Below, in pieces: positions 28,989-38,335 of a stretch of 52,716 nucleotides of DNA (within the stretch, counting starts at the first letter, position 1; each line of letters opens with the position of its first letter). A program made the translations under genes and the position numbers. This DNA is from Escherichia phage BEK12A. A model generated the notes under the pieces. That model did no database searches and was not told where the DNA came from. It worked only from the letters and a program-made list of their open reading frames with translations. The DNA is taken from sequence record MN158210.1. One strand, written 5' to 3'.

Positions 28989-30986
28989 ATGATTCCAAAT
29001 ATCGAAAAACAAATATCGGCGTTAGGCGAGGCAGTAATAAAAAGCATCCAAGAGCGATTCACGGTTGGCAATATAGTGCCTTATCCTTATCAGTGCGTTG
29101 CGTATGCCGAGATCGCAAAGCGCATGAAAAACTATGAGCATCCTTTCTTTGTTAAGGCTTCTGTGTCGGCTGGTAAAACATTGATGTTTGCGATGGTTGC
29201 GGCGCAATGCCGCAAGATGGGATTGAAAATGATGGTCCTTGCTCGCCAGGCTGAAATTGTTGATCAGGATTCAGAAGAGATCAGCAATCTTGGCGTGCCA
29301 AACTCAATCTATTGCGCCGGACTGAAAACAAAAAGCGCATACTTTCCGATCGTAGTCGGTTCTGAGGGCACTGTAGTAAACGGATTGTTTAAGTCGTTAG
29401 GTGATTATGTTCCGCACGTTATCGGTATTGATGAATGTCACCAGGTGGATTGGGAGGATCTCGCTGATGCGATAGAAAATAATGAATCTTACCAGCAGAT
29501 GACCACTAAGAAGGATTTGCCTGTACTGATTGGAGAAGAACAGCAATTTGATTCCAATGGCGATCCAATGTTCGGAACAGGGCGCACACAGTACACCGTA
29601 ATAATCATGGAAATGATGCGCAGGTGTCGCGAGGCATACGGGCATGAATTGCGAATATTCGGTATGACTGGATCTGAGTTTCGCGGCGTGGTTCCAATAC
29701 TGGTTGAAGATAAGAACAAAAAGGGATTCTGGCGTGAGCAGGTGACTAACATAGACACAAACTACTTAATCAAATTTGGTTCGGTAGTGCCAACAAATTT
29801 CGGCGACGTAGGCGACCTGGGGTATGACCTTTCAGAGTTCGAAGCCAGTAGCGAGGATGGCGTTTCAGACTTTGACGCTAAAACATTGCGCAAGATGGAA
29901 GAAAAGATCCATCAAGACGCAACAATGACACAGAAAATCATGGCTAAAGTCCATGAGATATGCAAAGACAGGAACGGAGTTTTAGTTACATGCGCAGGGG
30001 AAAGGCACTGCAAGGAGGCCGCCGCCGCACTGCCGCCAGGCGTTGAATACAGGATCATAACTGGCAAGACTGGAGACAATCAGCGTAAAGAGTGGCTAAG
30101 GGAGGCATACGAGGGAAAAGTAAAATACATCTTCCAGGTACAGGCGCTTACCACTGGCGTTAACGTTCCGTTTTGGGATACTTCTGTAATACTGAGAAAG
30201 ATAGGATCTCTAACATTGCTTATCCAGCTTTTGGGGCGCGGTATGCGACTGCTTAAGCAATGGCACATTGAGCAGGGATTCAAGAAAAAAGACCATCTTG
30301 TATTGGATTTTGCCGGTACTATGGATGAGTTAGGGGATTTGTATTTCGATCCAATCCTTGAGCAAGCGCAATTCCAAAAGAGATTTACAAACGGGAAAGA
30401 GCCTAAGACTTGTCCGATATGTGGAACGCTAAACAGCTTTTACGCTCGCCGATGTATGCACGTAGACGATAACGGGAAGAGATGCGAGCATTTTTGGACT
30501 TACAGAATTTGCGAGGACCAGGTAGATCCGAGAACGAAAAAGATAATCAAGCGCGGTTGCGGAACAAAAAATGACGTAGTGGCGAGAGTATGCCGTTGTT
30601 GCGATATTTCTCTTGTCGATCCTAACGAGAAGTTAAGCGGCAAGCACTACACCAAAAACGATTGGTGCAACGTTAAATCTTTCCGCGTTGATATGACGAA
30701 AAACCAGAAAGGAATTGTTTTTTGCTATGAGCTTGAGGCCAACGGCGACACGTTCAAGGCATACGAAAGATTTTTCCCTGAGTCAGAAAGCAACATTTGC
30801 CGGACGATATGGAGAAAAATAGCATTGCAGCACATACCGGATCGCAAGATTGCTGGTATGGTGGCGAGCTATAGAAATGCGCGTAAAATAATGTCATACG
30901 CTCATCACATCATGCCTCCTGTACGCGTAACGCATCGCAAAAACGGCAAAGGTGAGGATAACATTGCAAAACGGGAGTTTGTTTAA
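28989..30986 (+). CDS. SF2 DNA helicase (DEAD/DEAH-box type)
   Basis: Walker A SVSAGKT, motif II GIDECHQ; C-terminal Cys-rich zinc-finger-like region. Confidence 0.8.
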   Translation: MIPNIEKQISALGEAVIKSIQERFTVGNIVPYPYQCVAYAEIAKRMKNYEHPFFVKASVSAGKTLMFAMVAAQCRKMGLKMMVLARQAEIVDQDSEEISNLGVPNSIYCAGLKTKSAYFPIVVGSEGTVVNGLFKSLGDYVPHVIGIDECHQVDWEDLADAIENNESYQQMTTKKDLPVLIGEEQQFDSNGDPMFGTGRTQYTVIIMEMMRRCREAYGHELRIFGMTGSEFRGVVPILVEDKNKKGFWREQVTNIDTNYLIKFGSVVPTNFGDVGDLGYDLSEFEASSEDGVSDFDAKTLRKMEEKIHQDATMTQKIMAKVHEICKDRNGVLVTCAGERHCKEAAAALPPGVEYRIITGKTGDNQRKEWLREAYEGKVKYIFQVQALTTGVNVPFWDTSVILRKIGSLTLLIQLLGRGMRLLKQWHIEQGFKKKDHLVLDFAGTMDELGDLYFDPILEQAQFQKRFTNGKEPKTCPICGTLNSFYARRCMHVDDNGKRCEHFWTYRICEDQVDPRTKKIIKRGCGTKNDVVARVCRCCDISLVDPNEKLSGKHYTKNDWCNVKSFRVDMTKNQKGIVFCYELEANGDTFKAYERFFPESESNICRTIWRKIALQHIPDRKIAGMVASYRNARKIMSYAHHIMPPVRVTHRKNGKGEDNIAKREFV

Positions 30987-31405
30987 TGGCTATAACTGAT
31001 AAAGGCGATTATCTTGAGTTTTACGAAAGGGATCCAACCGACACGAGAAGGGAAGTTAATCACCAGATAGATAGTTTTCAGTGGTTGACTTATGCTCATC
31101 CTTATTTGCTGGCGTGGCATACGGTAAACGAGAATGAGAAGTCTAAAGCAACGGCGATGATTGATCAGCAGTCCGGCTTGGTTAAGGGAGTAAGCGATTT
31201 CATCATCCTGATTGGTTTAAACGGAAAATACCCCTTTGCAGCGATTGAGATCAAACGAGTGAATAAATCAGGCAAGGGGAAAGCATCACCAGTCAGCGAT
31301 GAACAAAAGGCTTTTTTGCGTCGCGTTCGCAGCTTAGGAGGATTCGCTGCGGTAGCCTACGGATTCAATCAGTTTAAGTTGGCTATTGAATACATGCTTA
31401 AATAG
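30986..31405 (+). CDS. VRR-NUC domain nuclease
   Basis: GVSDFIILIG...AAIEIKR arrangement (D..E.K) typical of VRR-NUC. Confidence 0.6.
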   Translation: MAITDKGDYLEFYERDPTDTRREVNHQIDSFQWLTYAHPYLLAWHTVNENEKSKATAMIDQQSGLVKGVSDFIILIGLNGKYPFAAIEIKRVNKSGKGKASPVSDEQKAFLRRVRSLGGFAAVAYGFNQFKLAIEYMLK

Positions 31406-31446
31406 CACTTTTTGTTAAAACTGGCGCGATGGATTGCGCCATAATA
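31402..31446 (+). promoter_or_regulatory. conserved box - hairpin - ATAATA module
   Basis: ATAGCACTTTTTGTTAAAAC, hairpin GGCGCGATGGATTGCGCC, ATAATA; stop TAG of upstream gene inside box. Confidence 0.6.
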
Positions 31447-31474
31447 CAGAAAAACAAAACACGGGGTTACTAAA

Positions 31475-31909
31475 ATGAAACTTAAATCATCTTTACTTAT
31501 CGCAGCTTTGGCATTAACAGGTTGTGGATTTAAAAAGACAGTGCACACTGATTTTAATATCAACTCTTGCACAAACTTAACAATGAATGTTGTGATGCAT
31601 TCAGCATCAAAGGCATACCATGATTCATGGTATAACAAAAACAGAGACACGATCAAATATATCGCTTACAGTGAGTGCAAGTCATCAATCGAAAACAATT
31701 TAATAGAAAACATCGGCACGAAATATAATTTTGTACGCGAAAAGGAAAAGTACATCACCCCATCAAAGCCTAGTGATATTGATATTTCAAATGTTCTTTC
31801 GGAAGTTCCAGAGATAATAACCTATGCTCACGCTGTAGGTTCAAAGCTCGCAACTACATCAAAGGTTGAGACTATCGAGATCTCAAAGAAGGCAAACGAA
31901 GTTTTTTAA
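31475..31909 (+). CDS. lipoprotein of unknown function
   Basis: MKLKSSLLIAALALTGCGF signal peptide with lipobox. Confidence 0.55.
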   Translation: MKLKSSLLIAALALTGCGFKKTVHTDFNINSCTNLTMNVVMHSASKAYHDSWYNKNRDTIKYIAYSECKSSIENNLIENIGTKYNFVREKEKYITPSKPSDIDISNVLSEVPEIITYAHAVGSKLATTSKVETIEISKKANEVF

Positions 31910-31925
31910 TAGCGGAGAAATGAAA

Positions 31926-32651
31926 ATGGCTAAATATATTTTAGATAAAGACACCCATGACGCATTCGTTAGCTTTGAGCAGTTGGAGAGAGAAACGTTT
32001 ATAGGGAATGCCCTTGCAACTGGAGGCCATTACCAGGCAGTAAAGCCAAATCAATATTATAAGGTAAGCGGCAACCGATACGCTGGAAGCACCACGCCGG
32101 ACGTTGTGCGAGATATGTGGAGCACGCCTCAAGAGATCGTGGAGTGGATGGAATCAGAATTTGGTGAATACGATCTCGACGCGGCAGCAAGCCAGGAAAA
32201 CGCAGTTTGCGAGAAGTTCTATAGCAAGGAAACAAACTGCTTAAAGCGTTGGTGGGGTAGCAACAAGCACGTATGGCTTAACCCGCCGTACAGCAACCCA
32301 ACTCCATTTATCAAGAAAGCAATTGAGCAAATGGAGCACAACAACCAAATTGATGTTTTGTTGCCAGCCGACAACTCTACAGCATGGTTTTATGAGTCGC
32401 AGAAAAACGCGGCTGAAATCATCTGGATCACTGGCGAGGTTTACGAAGAGGGTGGAGTAGAATACTCCCGCACCGGAAGAATCGCCTTTGTGTCTGGATT
32501 GACTGGCGAGCCTGTGCAGGGCAACAACAAGGGGAGCGTGATTTTTGTCATGCGCAAACTTAAAGAAGGAGAGGAGCAGAAAACGCGATACGTTAAGATC
32601 AGCGATATTTGCCCTTCTGTAACCGAACGCCGCGCGCGCAAACGGAGCTAA
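31926..32651 (+). CDS. dam: DNA N6-adenine methyltransferase (Dam-like)
   Basis: catalytic NPPY motif in HVWLNPPYSNP; start at second ATG after RBS (first ATG at 31920 possible). Confidence 0.75.
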   Translation: MAKYILDKDTHDAFVSFEQLERETFIGNALATGGHYQAVKPNQYYKVSGNRYAGSTTPDVVRDMWSTPQEIVEWMESEFGEYDLDAAASQENAVCEKFYSKETNCLKRWWGSNKHVWLNPPYSNPTPFIKKAIEQMEHNNQIDVLLPADNSTAWFYESQKNAAEIIWITGEVYEEGGVEYSRTGRIAFVSGLTGEPVQGNNKGSVIFVMRKLKEGEEQKTRYVKISDICPSVTERRARKRS

Positions 32652-32655
32652 CACG

Positions 32656-32913
32656 ATGAAAAAAGAGAGAAGCGTTTATTTAAATGAAACTGGCGAATGG
32701 TTGTTATTTCGCGCTATGGTGTGCGATGCACTTGATAAAAATCCTAACGTGAAAAAGATGATTGATTGCGATCCGTGGGAATTTTCAAGCGCATTAGATA
32801 TGAGCTTTGAGGAGACAAGAAAACTCCCGCTTGAAAAATGGCACGAACAAATCAGAAATGACATGCAAGAGTTTGTCGATTCGTGGAATTTTCAGCACGG
32901 AATGATCCACTAA
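32656..32913 (+). CDS. hypothetical protein
   Basis: 85 aa ORF ending in TAA that abuts the conserved box. Confidence 0.45.
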   Translation: MKKERSVYLNETGEWLLFRAMVCDALDKNPNVKKMIDCDPWEFSSALDMSFEETRKLPLEKWHEQIRNDMQEFVDSWNFQHGMIH

Positions 32914-32957
32914 TAGCACTTTTTGTTAAAACGCCCGGCCTAGTGTCGGGCATAATT
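32914..32957 (+). promoter_or_regulatory. conserved box - hairpin - CATAAT module
   Basis: ATAGCACTTTTTGTTAAAAC, CGCCCGGCCTAGTGTCGGGC, ATAATT; inverted twin at 36135-36173. Confidence 0.6.
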
Positions 32958-32988
32958 ATTTCAACGAAGCAAACATGAGGAAATAAAA

Positions 32989-33168
32989 ATGGTGGTATTC
33001 GATAAACGCGCTTTTAATCTTGCTCAAGAAGTAGCAAAAGGTTCAGTGGATGGCGGTTCAAAGGAAGGATTCCAGTTTGATTGGGAGATCGCAATGTTTT
33101 TACTGAAAGTTGCATACGGTCACGCACCAATTGAACAAGCGGAGGCATATTATAAGCATGAAGGTTGA
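32989..33168 (+). CDS. small hypothetical protein (59 aa, not in ORF track)
   Basis: ATG preceded by GAGGAAAT; stop overlaps next start (ATGA). Confidence 0.3.
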   Translation: MVVFDKRAFNLAQEVAKGSVDGGSKEGFQFDWEIAMFLLKVAYGHAPIEQAEAYYKHEG

Positions 33169-33400
33169 GCAAGGAAGAGATGCGGTATGGAATCACGCTA
33201 AAGAATGCGGTATTGCCGACGATATAAAGAAGATCGCGCAATACTTTGATATTGCAGATGTGAGCATAATTAGCGGCGACAAGATGACTTTCCTCAAGGA
33301 AAGGCCGCGAAAAATGGTAAGAGTTCCAGCAGTTCCAACAAAAATTGATTTCAAAGAGGCAATGGCTAAAATCCGAGAGCCTCGCAAATATTATAAATGA
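33158..33400 (+). CDS. hypothetical protein
   Basis: ATG at codon 17 of the 33110 ORF; about 80 aa. Confidence 0.4.
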   Translation: MKVEQGRDAVWNHAKECGIADDIKKIAQYFDIADVSIISGDKMTFLKERPRKMVRVPAVPTKIDFKEAMAKIREPRKYYK

Positions 33401-33494
33401 GGATAGTTATCATGTGGCGCTTGTTTGTTCTACCGTTACCCGTTATCATCGCTGTTACAGTTATGTACCATATAGTAATGAGATAGGTAGCAGA

Positions 33495-34610
33495 ATGAAA
33501 AATGTAAAAATTACAGATGAGCAATTCAAGATCGAACGGGCGGCAGGTAAGACATATAAACAGATCGCTCAAGAGTACGGAATGAATGTGAGAAGCGTCG
33601 AGCGTCGCGCGGCGCGTCTTGCAAAGCAAGGACAGTTATCGACCATTGGAGCGCCTGGTTTTGGTGTTCATGGTGAGTCAGTAATGACCGACAAAGAAGG
33701 CAACATAATCCTCAAGTGGACCAAAACCAGCAAGGACAAAGAGCAATTAGAAGCATTGATGCGCGCAGCAATGGAGGCGTTTAGCGAGGAAGTGCCGCGA
33801 TTAGATCCAGTTCCATTGCAGGAGCGTGACTATAATGAAACGCTTTCATTGTATCCGATCTTTGACATGCACTTAGGCGCTATGGCCCATAAGCACGAAT
33901 GCGGCGAAAATTGGGATACTGCGACGGCGGAGCGCGTTATGAATAACTTTATCGACTATGCTTTGATGTGCGCACCTGACAGTGAAAAGGCTGTTATCCT
34001 GATTGGTGGCGACATGCTTCATAGCGATGGCCTGGAGGCTGTGACCCCTGCAAGCGGTCACGTACTTGATCAAGATAGCCGATATGCAAAATTGGTTTAC
34101 GTTGCAATACGTGCAATGCGCCGCGCAATTAATAAAATGCTGTTAAAGCATAAACATGTTGAGGTCCAGATCGTTGAGGGCAATCACGACCAATCAGGAA
34201 TGATTTGGCTACGCGCAGCAATGGCGGCAGCATATGAGAACGAGCCGCGCGTTTACGTTGATGTTTCTCCTCGCGTTGTTCACCACACGCAATACGGAAA
34301 AACTTTCCTTGCGTACCATCACGGGCACACAGTGCGCAAACCTGAGACTTTGCTAATGATGTGCGCGTCAGATTGGCGGGAGGACTTCGGAAACTCAAAA
34401 ACGATGTATGCGCACGTAGGGCACTGGCATCACCAGACCGTGACGGAAACGTCGCTTGGGATCGTGGAGGTACATAGCACCCTGGCGGCAAAAGACGCAT
34501 ACGCCGCGCGCGGTGGCTGGAGATCTCGACGCCGTGCAGCGGTTATCATTTACGACAAAGAGCATGGAGAAGTTGGGCGATTTGTTCACTATCCAGAAAT
34601 GATGAATTGA
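33495..34610 (+). CDS. metallophosphoesterase with N-terminal HTH-like domain
   Basis: calcineurin-like motifs DMHLG, GGDMLH, GNHD, HHGH, GHWHH; N-terminal YKQIAQEYGMNVRSVERR helix-turn-helix-like. Confidence 0.6.
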   Translation: MKNVKITDEQFKIERAAGKTYKQIAQEYGMNVRSVERRAARLAKQGQLSTIGAPGFGVHGESVMTDKEGNIILKWTKTSKDKEQLEALMRAAMEAFSEEVPRLDPVPLQERDYNETLSLYPIFDMHLGAMAHKHECGENWDTATAERVMNNFIDYALMCAPDSEKAVILIGGDMLHSDGLEAVTPASGHVLDQDSRYAKLVYVAIRAMRRAINKMLLKHKHVEVQIVEGNHDQSGMIWLRAAMAAAYENEPRVYVDVSPRVVHHTQYGKTFLAYHHGHTVRKPETLLMMCASDWREDFGNSKTMYAHVGHWHHQTVTETSLGIVEVHSTLAAKDAYAARGGWRSRRRAAVIIYDKEHGEVGRFVHYPEMMN

Positions 34611-34658
34611 TGAATTTTTATTTAAATCAATGACAAATTAAATCAAAAACTTGCAAAG

Positions 34659-34686
34659 GGGCGGCGTTTGTCGCCTCTTTTTTTTG
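34659..34686 (+). terminator. rho-independent terminator
   Basis: GGCGGCGTTTGTCGCC hairpin plus TCTTTTTTTTG. Confidence 0.55.
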
Positions 34687-34755
34687 TTTAATTTTTTACC
34701 ATGTGCGTTTATCATGCGGTCAATATATTGACTTTAATTAATATGGAGAATAAAA

Positions 34756-34971
34756 ATGAAAGATTTTATTAACGCAGCTACCGCCGGATCTGGCGGTTCA
34801 TCTATCGCAAGCGCCGCTACAGGGCAGTTAACCATTGCTATTGCCAGCTTTGTTTTAATGGCTGCATTCGGTGCATGGGGCGCTTACCTTCGCTGGCGTG
34901 ATAGTAAAAAATTCCACGAGGCGATCGAAAAAGGTGATATTCAAAAAGCTATTGAAATCAGGGGCAAGTAA
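34756..34971 (+). CDS. holin
   Basis: 71 aa, hydrophobic TM segment and charged C-terminus, immediately upstream of endolysin. Confidence 0.6.
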   Translation: MKDFINAATAGSGGSSIASAATGQLTIAIASFVLMAAFGAWGAYLRWRDSKKFHEAIEKGDIQKAIEIRGK

Positions 34972-35462
34972 TGAGCATAAAGAACAAGGTAGCGGCTGCG
35001 GCCTTTGGCGTTGCGGTTGCCTTGACTTCTCCACTTCTTGAAGAGATCGAAGGGGTAAGATACAAGCCATACAAAGATATTGCGGGAGTATGGACGGTTT
35101 GCGCAGGAATCACCGGACCTGATGTTATCCTGGGGAAAACGTACACTAAAAAAGAGTGTGATGCTTTGTTGGCTAAGCATATCCAGGTTGCTAAAAAGGA
35201 AGTTGACAAGCAAGTTAAGGTTGACATTCCTGATAGTATGCGTGCAGCAATGTACTCATTCACTTACAATGCAGGTGTGGGAGCTTTCAGAAATTCAACA
35301 ATGCTGAAACTCATCAACCAGGGGAAATTAAACGAGGCTTGCGATCAGCTTTATCGTTGGACGTATTACCATAACCCCAAAACAGGAAAGCGCGAGAAGT
35401 CTAAAGGCTTACTTAACAGGCGCAAGGTCGAATACAAATATTGCACGATGGATCTGAAATGA
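34971..35462 (+). CDS. endolysin (lysozyme, glycoside hydrolase family 24-like)
   Basis: catalytic E in LEEIEG and T4-lysozyme-like [16 protein letters not shown] block; ATGA overlaps. Confidence 0.75.
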   Translation: MSIKNKVAAAAFGVAVALTSPLLEEIEGVRYKPYKDIAGVWTVCAGITGPDVILGKTYTKKECDALLAKHIQVAKKEVDKQVKVDIPDSMRAAMYSFTYNAGVGAFRNSTMLKLINQGKLNEACDQLYRWTYYHNPKTGKREKSKGLLNRRKVEYKYCTMDLK

Positions 35463-35854
35463 TGAAGAAATTTTTACTTACACCAATCGCAATGGCGGTG
35501 ATCTTGTCTGGATGTTCAAGCGTTACGCCACTGACCGGATTAATCGGCAGTAAGCCGGAAATAACAGCACAGGCTGGCGCGGAGAACGTTAAGCAGACAG
35601 TTGGCATTACATCAAAGCAGGACGCCAGCACAAAACAGGAAACCACAATAAAGGAATCTGCGGTTGACAAGGTGGACACGTCCAGCAAGAAGGATTTCAC
35701 AACATCAACCATTCAGGCCAATACCATCAAGGCAGACAAAATTCAGGTCGTGCAGGGTAATAACGGCAGATGGTACGATCCAATAATCATATGCGTGGTT
35801 GTGTTCATTGTGCTGATTTGTCTTTACTGGAGGGAAAAGAAAAAGGAGGCTTAA
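35459..35854 (+). CDS. unimolecular spanin (lipoprotein with C-terminal transmembrane anchor)
   Basis: N-terminal lipobox AVILSGCSS and C-terminal [18 protein letters not shown] in a single 131-aa protein; last gene of lysis cassette. Confidence 0.65.
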   Translation: MMKKFLLTPIAMAVILSGCSSVTPLTGLIGSKPEITAQAGAENVKQTVGITSKQDASTKQETTIKESAVDKVDTSSKKDFTTSTIQANTIKADKIQVVQGNNGRWYDPIIICVVVFIVLICLYWREKKKEA

Positions 35855-35870
35855 TGCCTCCTTTATTTTT
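35844..35870. terminator. terminator between convergent operons
   Basis: AGGAGGCTTAATGCCTCCT plus TTTATTTTT. Confidence 0.55.
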
Positions 35871-36093
35871 ATGCGTCTGGCCACATATGAGTTTCGTTTG
35901 TTGGCTTGTTCGATTCGTCGTGCTGCCTTACTTCAATGCTGCAAGTGTCGCCGTACAGTTCTGCAATCTTGCGCTCATTTTCAACCGCCGATTGCTCGCT
36001 CCATCCAAAATCCCTGTCGTAAATTGTCGGTATTTCAGCAGAAGATCCGTTGTCATGATTATATACGCGAACTACTAAAAACTTGCTGGACAT
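35869..36093 (-). CDS. hypothetical protein
   Basis: 74 aa; RBS AAAAGG; last gene of leftward early operon. Confidence 0.45.
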   Translation of the reverse strand: MSSKFLVVRVYNHDNGSSAEIPTIYDRDFGWSEQSAVENERKIAELYGDTCSIEVRQHDESNKPTNETHMWPDA

Positions 36094-36129
36094 AATTTTA
36101 CCTTTTGGTTGTTTCGTTTCGATGAAACA

Positions 36130-36173
36130 AATATACCCGACACTAGGCCGGGCGTTTTAACAAAAAATGCTAT
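36130..36173 (-). promoter_or_regulatory. conserved box - hairpin - TATATT module (leftward)
   Basis: minus strand ATAGCATTTTTTGTTAAAAC, GCCCGGCCTAGTGTCGGG, TATATT, then CATCGAAACGAA box. Confidence 0.6.
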
Positions 36174-36364
36174 TCCATACGCTTTACCGTAACCAGTAAT
36201 ACACCATCATCATTGCATAAAACATGTTCAGTGGTGCTAAAAGCGCGCATATCTGAATAAAGTAGCGTAAGTAAAGCATGAATAAAATCCTCATGTGATA
36301 TTGAATTTACGGCGCAGTGCTTCAAGATCTTGTCTATTAGCTTTTGCCTGGAACAATTCATCAT
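36170..36364 (-). CDS. hypothetical small protein (start uncertain)
   Basis: stop TAG lies inside the conserved box like other early genes; 5' end overlaps upstream gene; possible RBS GGGGAGA. Confidence 0.3.
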   Translation of the reverse strand: MMNCSRQKLIDKILKHCAVNSISHEDFIHALLTLLYSDMRAFSTTEHVLCNDDGVLLVTVKRME

Positions 36365-36686
36365 CGCCCATCTCCCCTATTCTCGCCATATCCCTGATCC
36401 AGTCGTTGCGCATACCATCCAGGCTATACAATTCGAATCCGAAAGGCCGCTTTGATGATCCTTTGGACCAGTATTTTCCGCAGACCCCATCTATATAACC
36501 AGCCGTCATCATTCTTGCGCAAAATTCCTTAGATGCAAGGCTGGCGAACATTCGCGGCGTAAGTCCGGCGGCCCGCGCGAGCCGCTCGCATTCTCTATGC
36601 TGATAGATAAATTTGGCTATGTGCTGCCTGTTAAACCAGTCGTATGACTCACACCATTTATACAGATCAAGCAAAAACATAATCAT
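36291..36686 (-). CDS. hypothetical protein
   Basis: 131 aa, start overlaps stop of ATPase gene. Confidence 0.45.
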   Translation of the reverse strand: MIMFLLDLYKWCESYDWFNRQHIAKFIYQHRECERLARAAGLTPRMFASLASKEFCARMMTAGYIDGVCGKYWSKGSSKRPFGFELYSLDGMRNDWIRDMARIGEMGDDELFQAKANRQDLEALRRKFNIT

Positions 36687-38263
36687 CCCAGCAGTATTGG
36701 ATTGACAAAAATAACACCATTAATCACGCAAACATAATTTCTTTCTTCCAGCATTGGCAGCAAGTGCCCCTCTATCCTCTTCATTACGCCAGCCTGACCA
36801 ACGAAAGGTTTTACCTTTCTCGCTGATTCGTACAGGGCGCGAATATTCAGGATCCCTTTGTTAGCCTTGCCGTGCCTCGTGATCAATTCAATCAATTTAC
36901 CCATTTCAGCATCATCACCAGCATAACCAGAAGCATTGGCGGCGCTAATGTATGTTTTGCTCAATTCATGAAACATGATCAGCGCCTCTTGCATTGTTTC
37001 AACGTCGATCTCTTTCGACTTCTGCGGGTATCCAGCAGGATTAAACCAGTTGCGGATAACATGCAGGACGGAAGCAAGCCTGATCACCTGTTTATCCATT
37101 TTACCCAGCGCACCGCGTAACATTGTATGAGAATACTTTCCGCCGTCTGCAAGATGCGGTTCCATATCCTGGCGAGCAATGTTGAGCACTCGCATAGCTG
37201 AACGGCTTATTTTCAGCGATATATTTGATTCGCTCATGATGTTATGCACCAATTGATAATATTGGGCCTTCAATTCAGGATCCACCGCCTCATAGGTAGA
37301 ATCACCATTTTCATCAATGAATGAGCGACGGCCTAAGAATGATTCCTCACGGACCAACAAAAAGCGCTCACTCACACCGATACCGCGCGATCCAGCGTCC
37401 ATGATTCCGCTTATCGTTTCATCCTGGGCTATAACGCTCATACATCCAAGCGCGCGAAAACTCATGTTATTGTCAGCATTAGCACGGGCGATTGATACGT
37501 GACCATTATCCCACGCCTTAAGCACTAGCTCGCTGTTAGTCTTCCTTTCGCTATTGGCATATGTCAAGCCTAACAGGCTGTTAATACTTGTTGCTTCGTC
37601 AGATATTACGGCAAAGTTACCTTGCTTGTTGTTGATTTTCGCCAAGCCTTCTGGAGTTGTATCTGAAACAGGGAAAGTTATATCACACATTTTTTCCAGC
37701 TTCTCCTCCAGATCCTCTTTTTCCTGGTATAGAGATTCCATATCAGCGCCTGATCTTTCGCTTTTCATCTCCTTTGCAAGACCTGCCAACTTTGCCTGTA
37801 TTTTCTTTCTTTCCTTGCGGCGTTGCTCGTTGATCTTCTCAACTTCCGCAATCATCGGAGCAATAGCCATGCTGTTGATCGCAGATTTACCAGTTGACGG
37901 CGGCTGGCTTGTAACGACGTAAAGCGCAGTCGGCTGATCGGTCCCGTGATAGTCAACCGTAAAGCGTCCAAGCATGGCGGCAGAAATGCAGCCGATAAAG
38001 TGCATGTAAGCCGATGATTCAGGGAATTGAATGGATCGCGCAATACTGCGTGATAACTTTCCGACAACATCAATATCATTACCAAGAGAAATGACGGGGT
38101 AGCGATCGTGACCGCTATTTACATCCTTTACGTCGCCCCAAAAGCTGGACGACTGGCGATAGCCGTTAGCCTGAATTGATACGCGAACTGGTGAAAGGTT
38201 CTGGCTTTCAGCCATAGCGATTATTTGCTGTGGAGTTAATTTGTTCGTTTCTAATGAAAACAT
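36683..38263 (-). CDS. P-loop NTPase of unknown function
   Basis: Walker A-like QPPSTGKS and Walker B-like AVISDEAT separated by a charged coiled-coil segment; RBS AAAGGAG. Confidence 0.5.
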   Translation of the reverse strand: MFSLETNKLTPQQIIAMAESQNLSPVRVSIQANGYRQSSSFWGDVKDVNSGHDRYPVISLGNDIDVVGKLSRSIARSIQFPESSAYMHFIGCISAAMLGRFTVDYHGTDQPTALYVVTSQPPSTGKSAINSMAIAPMIAEVEKINEQRRKERKKIQAKLAGLAKEMKSERSGADMESLYQEKEDLEEKLEKMCDITFPVSDTTPEGLAKINNKQGNFAVISDEATSINSLLGLTYANSERKTNSELVLKAWDNGHVSIARANADNNMSFRALGCMSVIAQDETISGIMDAGSRGIGVSERFLLVREESFLGRRSFIDENGDSTYEAVDPELKAQYYQLVHNIMSESNISLKISRSAMRVLNIARQDMEPHLADGGKYSHTMLRGALGKMDKQVIRLASVLHVIRNWFNPAGYPQKSKEIDVETMQEALIMFHELSKTYISAANASGYAGDDAEMGKLIELITRHGKANKGILNIRALYESARKVKPFVGQAGVMKRIEGHLLPMLEERNYVCVINGVIFVNPILLG

Positions 38264-38294
38264 TCGTTAGCTTCTCCTTTGTGGGCCGTAAATT

Positions 38295-38335
38295 TTAACG
38301 GCCCAATACTACCCCGTTTTGTCAAAAAGTGCTAT
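38295..38335 (-). promoter_or_regulatory. conserved box (variant TTGACAAAAC) - hairpin module (leftward)
   Basis: minus strand ATAGCACTTTTTGACAAAAC, then 18 bp, then TAAAAT inside hairpin GGGCCGTTAAAATTTACGGCCC. Confidence 0.55.

Noticed and set aside
36170-36364. Alternative 31-aa hydrophobic peptide in another frame of the same region (after RBS GAGGA)
   Set aside because: The ORF-track frame ends with the TAG embedded in the conserved box like other early genes, so that frame is favoured; the alternative frame ends earlier. Not resolved without expression data.
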